Source: Octopus vulgaris (lineage: Eukaryota). Taken from it: 64,000 bases of DNA. The stretch spans positions 92,752,001 to 92,816,000 of the forward strand of contig OX597818.1 in NCBI GenBank assembly GCA_951406725.2, written 5' to 3'. The notes beneath the pieces are model-generated. The model searched no databases. It had not been told where the DNA came from and saw only the letters and a list, made by a program, of their open reading frames with translations. Of this stretch, positions 12,801 through 26,700 are shown one piece after another. The translations under genes and the position numbers were made by a program. Numbering within the stretch: the first letter of the stretch is position 1; every line of letters starts with the position of its first letter.

Positions 12801-15800
12801 TGCTGGAAAGATTCCAACTTGGCCTTGTTTGGCAGTGACCTGGAAAGACAAGTGAAAAGTAAGTGAATTGAATATTTATATTGTGTGTGTGTGTGTGTGC
12901 ATATTGGTCGGTTCTCTGTAGGAAGAAAAGCACATTTTTAAAGAAATTTTGAGCAGTTATACCTTTATATATAGCTGAGTTGTATAATATGGAATGTAAC
13001 TGGTCAGAGTGTTACCATTTGTTTTACAGCTCCAATTGCACTTGGCAATAGGAGTCATCTATATTTCCAAGTGCAAAAGTAGGTGTGAAACCAATGGTAA
13101 CTTTCTGACTAGTTATATACCATAACCAAGAATACACCACTCGCCCATATAAATAAATCAAAATTGAAATCGATCAACATCAATGGAAATTGTAGCTGTG
13201 CCGGTGGCTCGTAAGAGAACCATCCGAACATGGCCGTTGCCAGCACCGCCCTGACTGGCCTCAGTGCCGGTGGCACATAAAAAGCAGCATCCGATCGTGG
13301 CCGTTTGCCAGCCTCGTCTGGCACCTGTGCCGGTGGCACGTAAAAAGCACCCACTACACTCACGGAGTGGTTGGCGTTAGAAAGGGCATTCAGCTGTAGA
13401 AACACTGCCAGATCAAACTGGGCCTGGTGCAGACTTCTGGCTTCCCAGACCCCAGTTGAACTGTCCAACCCATGCTAGCATGGAGAGCAGACGTTAAACG
13501 ATGATGATGATGATATACACTGTTGTGTCTGGGGAGAATCATTCTCTTTTGGTGCCTTATAATTTAACACACCGGTAAAATTTCCACTTATTTCTTTATT
13601 TTTCTAAAATTTTCATTGCGTCTTGCAACCTTTTCAATGATGTGATTGTTTGTTTTCAGAATGACATTGTAGGGTAGGTGTGAGAAGCTGGATCTGCCTG
13701 TTTTAACATAAAATATGTAGAATGTTTGAACTAGAAAAATAAAAAAGAAATAAGTGGAAATTTTACCGGTGAGTGTGTTAAATTATAAGGCACCAAACGA
13801 GAATGACTCTCCCCAGACACAACAGAATATGCTTCAACATGCGAACTCACATAAAAGATCTTGCAAACCAATCCAAAAACGAAACTGGTTTTGATTTGCT
13901 TACATCCCTGTAAATTAGCAGTTCAGCAAGAGAACTGATAAAATAAGTACCAGATTTAAGGAATAAATGCTGGATTTAATTTGCTTGACTACTCCCTTCA
14001 AGATGTTATGCCCCAACTTTGCCACAGCCCAAGGGCTGCAAAAAGTAAAAGAAAGAATATATATATATAGACACACACACACACACACACACATATGCAT
14101 GCGTAAATAGCACAGATTTCATCTCATTTCAGTCAACCATATTCACTCACAAGGCATTAAGCTATAATAGATGACACTTACCCAATGTTCTGCACTATTT
14201 GATTAAACCATGAAATCATACAGTTGCAAAGTGATCCTCTTAATAACATAGTTAAGCTTGTGCCTTAACCCTTTAGCATTTAAACTAGCCATATCTGGTC
14301 CAAATATCCTACCTGTTATATGTTCAAACTGGCCAGATATAGCCTCTCGCAACTACTCTTACAATGTGATTCTAACAATAATAAACTATCACATTATTGA
14401 AATCCTCAAGCCTATAAGATAATGCAGGATTTGTTCAAAACAATATGAATAAATAAGCATTTCATTTGATAGAGTAATCTGGATGATAAAGAATTAAAAG
14501 TAAAAGGGGTATTTTATTCTGTTGTGTCTGGGGAGGGTCATTTTCTTTTTGTGCCTTATAATTTAACACACTCACTGGTAAAATTTCCACTTATTTCTTA
14601 TTTTTATTTTCCTAAAATTTTCGTTGCATCTTGCAACCTTTTCAATAGTCTATTGCCATCATGGATCACAGTTTTGAAATTTTGGGAACCTACCACTCCC
14701 TCCAGTGTGTTAATTATATAAACCTATTTGTAAGATTCACAATAGTTACATTTCCACTATTATTGTTTTGTTATTCTTCAGAGGAATCTGCACAGACAGA
14801 ACCAGCATGGGAAGGTGCTGGAAGTAAAGTTGGTGTGCAAGTCTGGAGAATTGTGGTAAGGATTTCACTAATTTCTATATAATTTGTACTTTTGACGAAT
14901 CTTTAAAACTATAAATAATGAATCATACTGAAATAAAGTTACTTTGGAATTTTACTGCTATTATTCTATATAATCACTTCACTGCACACCGAGGGGACTC
15001 CTACCTCATTGCTTTCATAACATATATAAAACACATGTAACATCTTATATGCATGCACGATGTCTCATACGTCTATGATATCTTGTACACATCTGTAATG
15101 TTTCATACATGTGCCTGGTATCTTGTTCACATGTGTGGCATTTCATACATGTGCATGAATTTTGTACATGTGCACAACATCTCATACTCATGTGCAACAT
15201 CTCATACATATATACAGTATCTCGCACACGTTTGCAGCATCTCATACACGTGTGTGACATCTCATATTCAATTGTAACATACACATGGATTATTGCATGC
15301 ACATATGCACATTACAATGCACAGAATACATCATTGCGTGCACACACACATAACACTACATGTGAATATCCCATATTCATAACATACACATGTACAATGA
15401 CCCACACATAACATCACATGCATATAACATTTTGCTTATACATATATAGCATACATTTCACACATTCGCATATTGTTCCTTCTCGAGCCATGCCTGACTC
15501 GTTAGGACCGGTTTCCTTGGCGTATAGGTTCCCCATCTGGACGGGACGCCGGTCCGTCACAGGTGAGCTGCAAGATGCAGGAGGAAAGAGTGAGAGAAAG
15601 TTGTGGCGAAAGAGTCAGCAGAAGTTCGCCATTACCTTCTGCCGGAGCCACATGGAGCTTAGGTGTTTCGCTCATAAACACACACATCGCCCGGTCTGAG
15701 ATTTGAACCCATGATTCCTCGACTGCAAGTCCGCTGCTCTAACCACTAGGCCATGTGCCTCCACACATACACTTGCACATGTAACATCACATCCAATGCA

Positions 15801-17668
15801 CATATCATCTAAATGTGACATCAAACACAAACAAGTTAATAACATTACATGCACACATGCATATACACAAACCAAGACAGACTGTAGGTTATCATAAACT
15901 CAATCTGTTGGTTATCCCTGAATATTTGGTCAGGGAAATATGCGACACAGCCTTGTGCCATAAATCTCTTCATACTGGTGATAAGCTATTTATCATAAAG
16001 AATATTTTATCTTTTACTGGTTTCAGTCATTAGACTGCAACCATGCTGAGGCACAGCCTTGAAATGTTTAAACTCTTAGCATTCAGATTATTCTCTCAGA
16101 AGTAATGCTTATTTATTCACATTGGTTTGAATTAAGCATGCATTATTTTGTAGCTTCAAAATTTCAATGATGAGATTTTTTATTTTTAGAATGACATTGC
16201 AGGGTAGGCATGAGAGGCCAAATCTGTCCTGTTTAAACATGAAACAGGCAAAATACTTTGGCCGGATATGGCCAGAGTAAATGCAAAATGTTTAATCAAA
16301 CAAATTGACCAAACTGCTAAGCTACAGGGATGTAAACAAACCAACACTGGTTGTCAAGCAGTACTGGAGGACAAAGATACATACTTATATACATACATAT
16401 ATATATATATGACAGACTTCTTTTAATTTCCATTTACCATATCCACTGACAAGGCTTTAATTGACTTGGGGCTAAAGTAGAAGATACTTGTTTGAGGTGC
16501 CACATAGTGGGACTGACCCTGAAATGATGTGGTTAGAAAGCAAACTTCTTAGAACAGCCACATCTGCTTAAATACTTTACAAACTGATACAGAGAGTCAT
16601 AAAAATTAGCTGGAAGTTTGAAATTAAAATGTTTACTTGAACGGCTCTCTTTCAAATATTTATTTTGTTGATGTCTACATTATACATATTTTGTTCTTAT
16701 TTCAGAAATTTGAAGTCACTCATTGGCCAGAAGAGGATTATGGCTCATTCTACAATGGTGATTCCTACATTGTCCTCAATGTATGTAAATATAAAGCTCT
16801 TTGTTTTATTGCATTTGGTTTTACATTAGATTTTCTATGCTAGCATGAGTAAGAGTATATTACTGAGGTATTGATTTTACAGCTGAACAGCATCCCTGTT
16901 GCTACATTTTATCTGTTTTACAAGCCTTTCACCCACACCCACCACTACCATAAACGCCATGGCTTCAAAGGTGCAAAGCAAGTGGTTATTCGTTTGTAGG
17001 AAAAGTGACAATAGCACTCAGCATTGCCTGTAGACTGAAACTTCCAAAGAGCACAAATGTAAACAAACACACACATATACACACACACTACCTACACCCT
17101 CGCCATTTGCCAGACTCGTCTGGCACCTGTGCCGGTGACACGTAAAAAGCACCCACTACACTCACGGAGTGGTTGGCATTAGGAAGGGCATCCAACCGTA
17201 GAAACATTGCCAGATCAGACTGGGTCTGGTGCAGCCTTCTGGCTTCCCAGACCCCAGTTGAACCGTCCAACCCATGCTAGCATGGAAAGCGGACGCTAAA
17301 CGATGATGATGATGATGAAATTAGAGATAAAGCCACAATTATGCAACTCAAACAGTGATAGACATATAATAGTGGTTTTATCTCTAATTTATATTTTATA
17401 TATTTATACTTTGAAATTTGATTTAATACTAAATTGAATTTTTCCCTATAAGTTTGGAGTTGTACTCCCTAATATTATTATTTTATATATATATTCTTTT
17501 AACTTTTTACTTGTTTCAGTCATTTGCTGGAGCACCACCTTTAATTGAAGAAATTAACCTCAGGACTTTGTAAGCCTAGTACTTTGTCTATCAGTCTCTT
17601 TTGTCGAACTGCTAAATACATCAGCATCAATTGTCAAGCGATGGCAGGTGACAAACATAGACATACAC

Positions 17669-17707
<39 letters not shown>

Positions 17708-20700
17708 ATCATTTAATGTCCACTTTCCATGCTGGCATAGGTTGGACGGTTTGACTTGAGGGCTGGCAAACCAGAAGGCTGCACCAGGCTCCAATCTGAT
17801 CTGGCAAAGTTTCTACAGCTGGATGCCCTTCCTAATGCTAACCACTCTGAGAGTGTAGTGGGTGCTTTTATGTGCCACTGGCATGAAGGCCAGTCAGATG
17901 GTACTAGCATCGACCACGCTCAAATGGTGCTTTTTACGTACCACTTGCACAGGAGCCAATCAGCGACCCTGGCAACAATCATGCTCAAATAGTGCTTTTA
18001 ACATTCCACTGGCACAGGTGCCAATCAGGTGGTGCTGTCAATAGCCATGACAGTGATTTCGATTTCACTTACCTCAACAGGTCTTTGCAAGCATAGTTTT
18101 TTGTCCAATGTTTGAAGGGTACTCTTAAATGGACTGGTTATACAGCACTGGCATAGGCCACGGGTTATGGTCTCACTTGGCTTGCTGGGTCTTCTGAAGC
18201 ACAGCATAATCTCTAAAGGTCACGGTCACTAGTTATTGCCTTGGTGAGGCCCAGTGTTCGAAGGTTGTGCTTCTCTACCTCATCCCAGGTCTTCCCCTTC
18301 CACAGGTTTCCTCAACTGCTAGGGTGTGATACTTTTTCACACAGCTGTCCTCATCCATTTGCAACACATTACCGTACCAGAACAGTCGTCTCCCTTGCAC
18401 ACCACATCTGATGCTTCTTGAATCCAACTTTTCTCTTAGGGTGCTTACACTCTGTTGTGTATGCAGACTGACGTTACACATCCAGCGGAGCATACTGGCT
18501 TCATTCCTTGCAAGCTTACGCATGTCCTCAGCAGTCACACTCCATGTTTCACTGCCATGTAGCATGGCTGTTTGCACACATTCGTCATACAGTCTACCTT
18601 TCACTTTGAGCAAGAGGCACTTTGTCACCAGCAGAGGTAGGAGCTCTCTGGACTTTACCCTGGCTATTCTTATTCTAGCTGCTACACTTTCAGAGCATCC
18701 ACCCCTGCAACTGACTTGGTCTCCTGGGTAACGGAAGCAATCAACTACTGGAATGTGATGGAAACTGTTCTCTACATATTTTCAGTGTTTATAGCTCTTG
18801 AGCATTTGCCACAAACAAAAACTATCTTCCCAGTTAGCCTTCCTTTGATATTACTGCAACTCTTATGTATCCATAGATTGCACTGGGTACATCTTATGGA
18901 GTTTCTACCTACACCTTTTCTACAGATGGAGCAGGGCCATCTACCTAAAGAGATTTGTGGTTTGTCTGCCTTCCTTCTTATTAAGACTTTGGTTTTAGCT
19001 AGGTTGATTCTAAGGCCCTTCGATTCTAATCCTTGCTTCCACACTAGTGATTCAGTAATTAGAGCAAGGTCATCAGCATAGAGGAGCTCCAAGGGGCAAC
19101 CTGTCTTGAATTCTTCTGTTATTGCCTGGGGGATTATGATGAATAAGAAGGGACTGAAGACTGATCCCTAGTGGACCCCTACTCCTACCCGGAATTCTTT
19201 ACTGTACTCATTACCAACCCTCACCTTACTGACTGCATCCCTGTACATGACTTGTACAGCTCTCACTAACCATTCATCTATCCCTAGTTTCCTCATTGAC
19301 CCTATCAAAGGCTTTCTCCGTGTCAACGAAAGCCAGGTACAGAGGTTTATCTTTGGCTAGGTATTTCTCCTGCAGCTGCCTTACCAGAAATATAGTATCA
19401 GTGGTGCTTTTCCCTGGCACAAACCCAAACTGCATCTCATCTAGGCTTTCTCTCTCCCTAATTAGTTGGGCTATGACCCTCTCTGTTACTTTCATTACCT
19501 GATCCAACAACTTGATACCTCTAATTATTTGTATCTAATGCGACACCTTTACCTTTGTAACAGTTGACTATGGTGCTGCTACACCAGTCATTGGGTATGA
19601 CTACTTCATGTATCACCTGGTTGACTATACTGGTGACTAGGCTATAGCCGACACCACCCGATATTTTGAGCATCTCTGCAGTGATTCCTGATGAGCTGAG
19701 GGCTTTCCCTGTCTTCATACCCTTAACTGCTTTATCTACCAAGGTACTGTCAGTTCAGATAGCTGGTCTCTCAGTTGAGTCGACATTCAGCAGACTTTAT
19801 TTCTCCTATTCATTTTGCAACCTTTCATAGTGGTGTCTACAAGTCTCTCTCTTTGCAGCCTCGTTTAATGCAAGTGAACCATCATCCATATGGACACGTT
19901 TCTCTCCTATGACATCACGATTCTCTCTCACGTACTGTCTTGCAACACAAAGCACCTCAAGTCCTTGGTCCTCACGACACAGAACATTGACATATTTTTT
20001 CTTATCTGCTTCCCCTCTGTCTCCTAGCTTCCCTTCTGGCACTCTTATACAATTCCATGCTACCACCGTTCTTCCAGTCCTTCCATGCCTGCTTCTTTTC
20101 CCTAGTGGCCCTGTCAACTACATTGTCCCACCACCATGTTACCTTGGATCAAGAGGGGACTTTGCACCATCCACAGATCTGGTCAGTAGCCCTCAACAGG
20201 TTGTCAAAAGCTTTGAGTAATACGTCTCTAAATCTCTGTCCATTCACTTGACAACCTGTGTTGGTGAGTTTATATCCCCATTACTTAGCAGTTTGACAAA
20301 AGAGACTGATACACTAAGCTTCAAGCTTATTTAAAAAATATATCCTGGGATTGATTCATCTGACTAAAATATCAAGGCAGCAGTGATTCAGCATGATCAC
20401 CATCTGACACAAACAAGTAAAAGATAAAATGTGTATTTATACACTGTTTTTCAATGTCTATGTTTACAGCCATTATATATATATATATATATATATTGCA
20501 AAGATAATCTGGAACTTGACTGAGGAAAGAAAACTACGAATGACCCATCCTTGTTTTCTTTGTATCGTCTGTCTGGATGTTTTGTCCCTTTTTTGTATCA
20601 CTTAACTGTCTGGATGTTTTGTGTTCTTGTCCCATTTTTGTATTTTACACACACACACACACACACTAAATTTTTGTTATATTTTTTCCATAAAAGTTTT

Positions 20701-23700
20701 TTTTCTTCCTCTAATTGCAGACTTACACTGTTGATGACTCTGAAGATCTTAAGTATGATGTTCATTTCTGGATTGGTAAAGATAGTTCTCAGGTAATAAA
20801 TACTTCTAATTGGTAATCTATATTCTCTACAGCTATTATTGGGTTAATCATTCAATTGCATTTTGTATTTGTTAGGAAATCAACTTTTATAATTACTTTT
20901 ACATAACCCTCTATTTTTTTTTTTACAAATAGAATAAACAATAGTATCATGTGACCTTCTTAGCCATGCAATATACACCACAGTTCAAGGAAATAAGATC
21001 ACTTAAAGGTTATGGGTTCATTCCCTGCTAAAGGTAGGAATTGAAAAACAGCAGGAGGACACCTTTGAGTCATGACCTAGGTGAACCTGGTTCCATTACA
21101 GTGTCTGGAACTAGTAGACTGAAACACTTGCTTGACAGAAATTCTTCCTCTGAAGATATCTCTCTTTGTCTACTTGCCCAATAACAACTTATCACTTCCT
21201 ACAGTATTAAATGCCTTTAATAATTTTACAGTCCACTAAACCATTAAATACCCTTAAAAAACCCTTTTTAACATTTTGAAATTATTCAAGAGGTTAATTA
21301 AAATAAAGTAAAAGTACTTTTAAACATATAACTCCTGTAATTTTAAAACTGATAAGAAAACTTACCTTTTAATTTTACTTAATGTATATGTAACTGCTGG
21401 CATGGCTATGTGGTTAAGAAGCTCACTATGCAACCATGGTATTTTGGGTTCAGTCCCACTGTGTGGCACCCTGGGGAAGTTCTATATTGGTCAACCTATA
21501 TCTTATGAGTGAATTTGATGATCAAACTATGGAAGCCCATTATATGTATAACAGAAATAACTAACATTTTAAGGACAAAATATTATTGGATAGTGATTAT
21601 TTTTGTTTAATTTTTTAGGATGAATATGGAACAGCAGCTTATAAAACTGTTGAGCTAGATACTCTGCTAGATGATAAAGCTGTACAACATCGAGAAGTTC
21701 AAGGACGAGAGAGTGATCTGTTTAAATCCTACTTTGAAAAGTTAATGTAAGTTTTTGCTAAGTTTTAAATATTTACATACTAAAATACATCTGACAGTTT
21801 TTATGAATCCTTATCGAAAACATGACATTTTATTTCAGTTATTTGGATTATCACTGTACTTTAGTGAAGTTCTCACAGAGAAATGGGAACTTTGATGGTA
21901 ATGCCTTTCCCAGAAACCTCTGTAAAGTAAAAAAAAAAGGGGAGGAAATAACCAGTAACTTAACTCTCATGTGATGTTGGTTTATTGGTGCCCTATCATA
22001 TTCTTTATGGTGCTCATATTTATGCATATAATTGTATGTGTGAGCATGTATGAATGTTTATAGGTGTGCATGTATTCATGTGAATAATACACACACACAC
22101 ACCTCCATACATGTATGAATATATATCTATATACATAAAAGTGTAATTGTATCAGTCTGTGTGTATGTTTGGGGGTTACTCTACCTCCTCCCACACCGTC
22201 CAACGGATTTTAATTATTTTTGGCACATAGGTAGATCACATGACCTGAAGTTCAAATAAGAACTCAATAATGCTCAGTTGGCATCGATTTTTCTGAGCTC
22301 AATCAGGTGTTTGAATGGAAATTCCTGTCATGATGTTATTTTTCCCGCAGCTTTTGCATTTTTTGTCCAGTTTTGATGAAAATCGATGAGTAAGCAAGGC
22401 TCATGGCAGTGAGTTGATGTCAATATATGGCATTGACAAAAAAATCAATAATTGCGCCTGAGCAGTGGTTTTATAAAATCAATAGGCTTTTCGCATGCTA
22501 ATACCCGTAGGGATTTTTTTTTTGGCTGTAACTTTAAATTTTTCATCCAATTTTAATGAAATTTGAGATTTCAAGGTTGACTATGCCTTTTATTCTTTTG
22601 GGGCCATTAAAATAAGTACCAATTAAACACTGAGAGCAACATAAATGACTAATCTCTCACCCAAAATTTCAGACCTTGTGCCTCTAGAAGAAATTATTAT
22701 TAGTAATAGTAGTAGTAGTAAGATGGCAGAATCATTAGCACACCGGACAAAATGCTTTGTGGCATTTCATCCATCTTTACATTCTGAGTTCAAATTCCAC
22801 CAAGGTCAACTTTGCCTTTTATCCTTTCAGGCTTGACAAAATGAGTACCAGTTGAGTCCTGGAATCAATGTAATCAACTAGCCTCTTTACCCAAAATTTC
22901 TGGCCTTGTGCATAGAGAAGAAAGGATAATTATTATTAAGGTAGCAGGCTAACAATTTGAGTTCAAATTCGGCTGAGGCCAACTTTGCCTTTTATCCTTT
23001 CAGGGCCAATGAAATAATTACCAGTTGAATACTGGGGTCAATGTAATCAACTTATCTCCTCCTCGAAATTGCTAGCCTTGTGTCAAAATTTGAAACCTTT
23101 GTTGTTGTTGTGGCATAGTAGTAGTAGTATTAAAGAAATTTGATTCCCCAAGTAACATTACTTATAGTAAAGTTTTTTAAATCTAATTTTCATGATCATC
23201 TTACAGAATATTAGAAGGAGGTGCAGAAACTGGTTTCAGACATGTTCAACCTGAAAATTACCGACCCAGACTTTTACGTTTTGTTGGCTCAAAAAAGAAC
23301 ATTGAAATGATGGAAGTAAGTAGATATTTTTATATTTTCTTTAACTTGTTTCAGTCATTGGACAGTGGCCAGGCTGGCATACCACCTTGAAGGATATTAG
23401 TTGAACACATTGACCCTAGTATTTATTTATATCAATAAAGATTCGAGCGAGGTCATTGCCAGTACTGCCTGACTGGCCCCCGTGCTGGTGGCACGTAAGA
23501 GCACCCACTACACTCTTGGAGTGGTTGGCATTAGGAAGGGCATCCAGCTATAGTAGGAGACATTTGCTTGTTGTGTTGTACTCTGCCAGATCAAGACTGG
23601 TGCCTGGTGCAGCCATCTGGTTCACCAGCCCTCAGTCAAACTATCCAACCCATGCTAGCATAATTTCATCATCATCATTTTAACATCCACTTTTCCATGC

Positions 23701-26700
23701 TCACATGGGTTAGGTGGAGTTTGTTGAGGCAGATTTTCTATTGCCAGATGTCCTTTCCTGTTGCTAGCCCTTTTTCAGTGGGCTTTGGCCATGCTTGGAC
23801 ATTATCCTGAAGGGTTTAGGCAAACAAATCAACCCCCAGTACTAATTTTTTTTTTTACAATTCTGGTATTTGTTCTATTTGCCAAACTGCTAAGCTGTGA
23901 GGATGAAAGCTCAGCAACACCAGTTCAAAGCAACATGGGAGGGAGAATACTAAATCATACACATATTATACAACAGGCTCTTACACATGGTTTCCAGCTT
24001 GCTTATAGTGTTGTACAGTGAAAGTGAAACTACGTGGCTACAAAACAAGCTTCTTAACCATATAGCCATGCCTGCACCTACGTAGAAAACCTTCAAAACT
24101 TTTGCTAATACCAAAGGTAACTAGTGATGTAAGTTATCACTCTGGTCAATTTCAAAAGTTTGGTAAAGGAAAGGTATAACTCTGTGCCAAGAGCTATCTC
24201 ATGTTGCTCAGTATGAAACTTGTGTGTGGCCAGAGGTAATCATCATACAAACAGCAGGGTTCCAGCCAGTTTATTTTGCTTGTTATTGAATATAAAAGAA
24301 TGATACTTTAATAATGTATTTCATCAGTTTTCACATGAGCATAAGACCTTTCAATGAGAAACCTAAGAAAGGGGAGTTAACCTTGAATACAGTATTCAGT
24401 AATGTGATATTTGTAACCAGTTTGGCTACAGAATATTGCTGCCCTGTTTAGGTATACAAGCAAAGTTACAGAATTTTATGCTTTAGCTGTATGTGTAAAA
24501 TGTAATAGGACAGTTAACTTTCTATTAGTTTGCATTCTTTGTGAGTATGTTGTTGTAACAGACCTATCATCAAAGGCATTCCAGCCAAAACTGTCTTGTC
24601 ATTGTAGGGATATGCATGACTGCATTATTCACTGTGTATTCCTTTTCTAAGAGAGCAGAATGTGATTTGAGTGAAATTTTGTTGTTATTTTTAGCAAGTC
24701 AAGCAACTATTGTAAAAGCTCTCTTATTTGGTGATCTTATATAATAAACAGGCGTTTTTGAGTGTGCATGTATGTGTGATACCATCATCCACTTTCTCGT
24801 GTTTTCATGGGTTGAAGGGAATTTATTGGAGCAGATTTTTTTACACTTGGTTGCCTTTCACGTCATGAATCCTCACTTGTTTCCAAACAAGAAGGTAATA
24901 TTTCCTATGGCCTCACATATTTTCATGGAAAATTGGAAACAAATAACACTGCTTGTTTGATGCTGATACTTGTTTATATATATCCAATGTCATCAAGACA
25001 AGGACACACACACACAATGGGCTTCTTTCATTTTCCATCAACAAAGTTCATCACAAAGCTCTAACCAGTCCAGGGCAATAGTAGAAGACACTTGCCAAGG
25101 TGCCGGGTAAGGGCAGTTTCACACCTCTCCTTGAAAAATGCATTTGTTTGAAAATATTTTTTGAGATTCCTACGTTTCAGATGTCGTAGATTACAAATAT
25201 GCAAAAAAAAATTTGGTTTTTTAGGTCCACCAGAGAGGTGGGGTGAAATTTGAAAAATTTAAAATTTGGGAGAAGGGGAGGTTGAGGTCAGCATTTTAAA
25301 TTTGGAAAAGGTGGTTTTAAAAAAAAATTTCGGAAAGGTTCAAAATTTTTAATGGGAGGTGGGGGATTAAAAATATTTTTTTTCTTTTTTTTTTTGCATG
25401 TTTGTAATCTCTGGTATCTGAGACATAGGAATTGCAACAAATATTTTCAAAAAAAGGCATTTTTCAAGGAGCAGTGTGAAATTGCATTAGCCCCAAGGTG
25501 TCATATAATGGAATCGAACCTGAAACTATGTAATTGGGTAGCAAGCTTCATAATCACACAGTCACACCTGCACTATTTGTAAGAATATGTTTATATGTTT
25601 ATATAAATTATTTTTTAAATTTCTTTTAGGTTCCAAAACACCCAAGCTGTTTGAACGATTGTGATGTGTTTATACTTGACAAGGGTGATGTGATCTATCA
25701 GATGAATACACCTGATAGTAACAAAGATGAACGCTTTAAGGTAATATTCCTTTCATCATTCATTGAAGTGTATCTCAATGAGACCTCAAGTTGACATAAG
25801 TAGTTCTCATATTTGTAACAGCCAAGAAATATTTTATTGGCTCTCTAGAAAACAAAGCTTCTGTTAATGTTTACATCCTCTTCTTCAATTGATATAGTTG
25901 TCTTCTTCATTATTTTATCATTATTTTCAACATCCATTTTTCTGTTTGCATGGATCAGATGAAATTCATTGAAGCAGAAAGCAGGTTTTCTACAGCTAAA
26001 TATTTCCTATAGTCACAACTTGCCTGTTACCAATCGAATAAATGTTTTGTCATAACTAGATATGGTTTTCATGGAAGATTGTAAATGAACAATGCTTGTT
26101 TACAACCATCACATGATGTCAAGTCTAGGAGACACTCCCTGCTCCCACACTCACATGTATGACAAACTTCTTTCAGTTTTTGTTGACCAAAACTTAAAAC
26201 ATTGGTCAGTCTCATGCAATAGTAGATGTTTACTCAAGCTGCTGCAGAGTAGAACTTTGTAGCACCTTGGGCTTGGGAATAAATAAGTAAAATTTATATG
26301 TAGCAACTTACTTCCACTAATTAAATTGGTTGAGTTGTGTTGAGAACCTAGAAATATTAGCTTACAAAAGCTCAGATAACCTGAACAAATGTAAAAATAC
26401 TTACCATGGGCCTCCAAAAACACGTTTTCACAATTTGCTGTTGTCTATTCTTAATTGAGTCTTGATAAAGCATAACCATGATCTAAAAAGTTTCAGAATA
26501 AGCTGCCGGACGAGATAGTGAAGATGCCGACGACTGCTCGGTTCAAAGTCTCTCTTGATCAGAAATGGCCTGAACTCTTTGTATGACCACCCTCCCTGTA
26601 CATAGCTCCCCGTCCCCCTACATAGCCTTGCTCTTGCTTTTTGAACCAATAAAAATTGAATTGAATTGAATAGAAATATCTATTCATATTTCTTTTAAAA

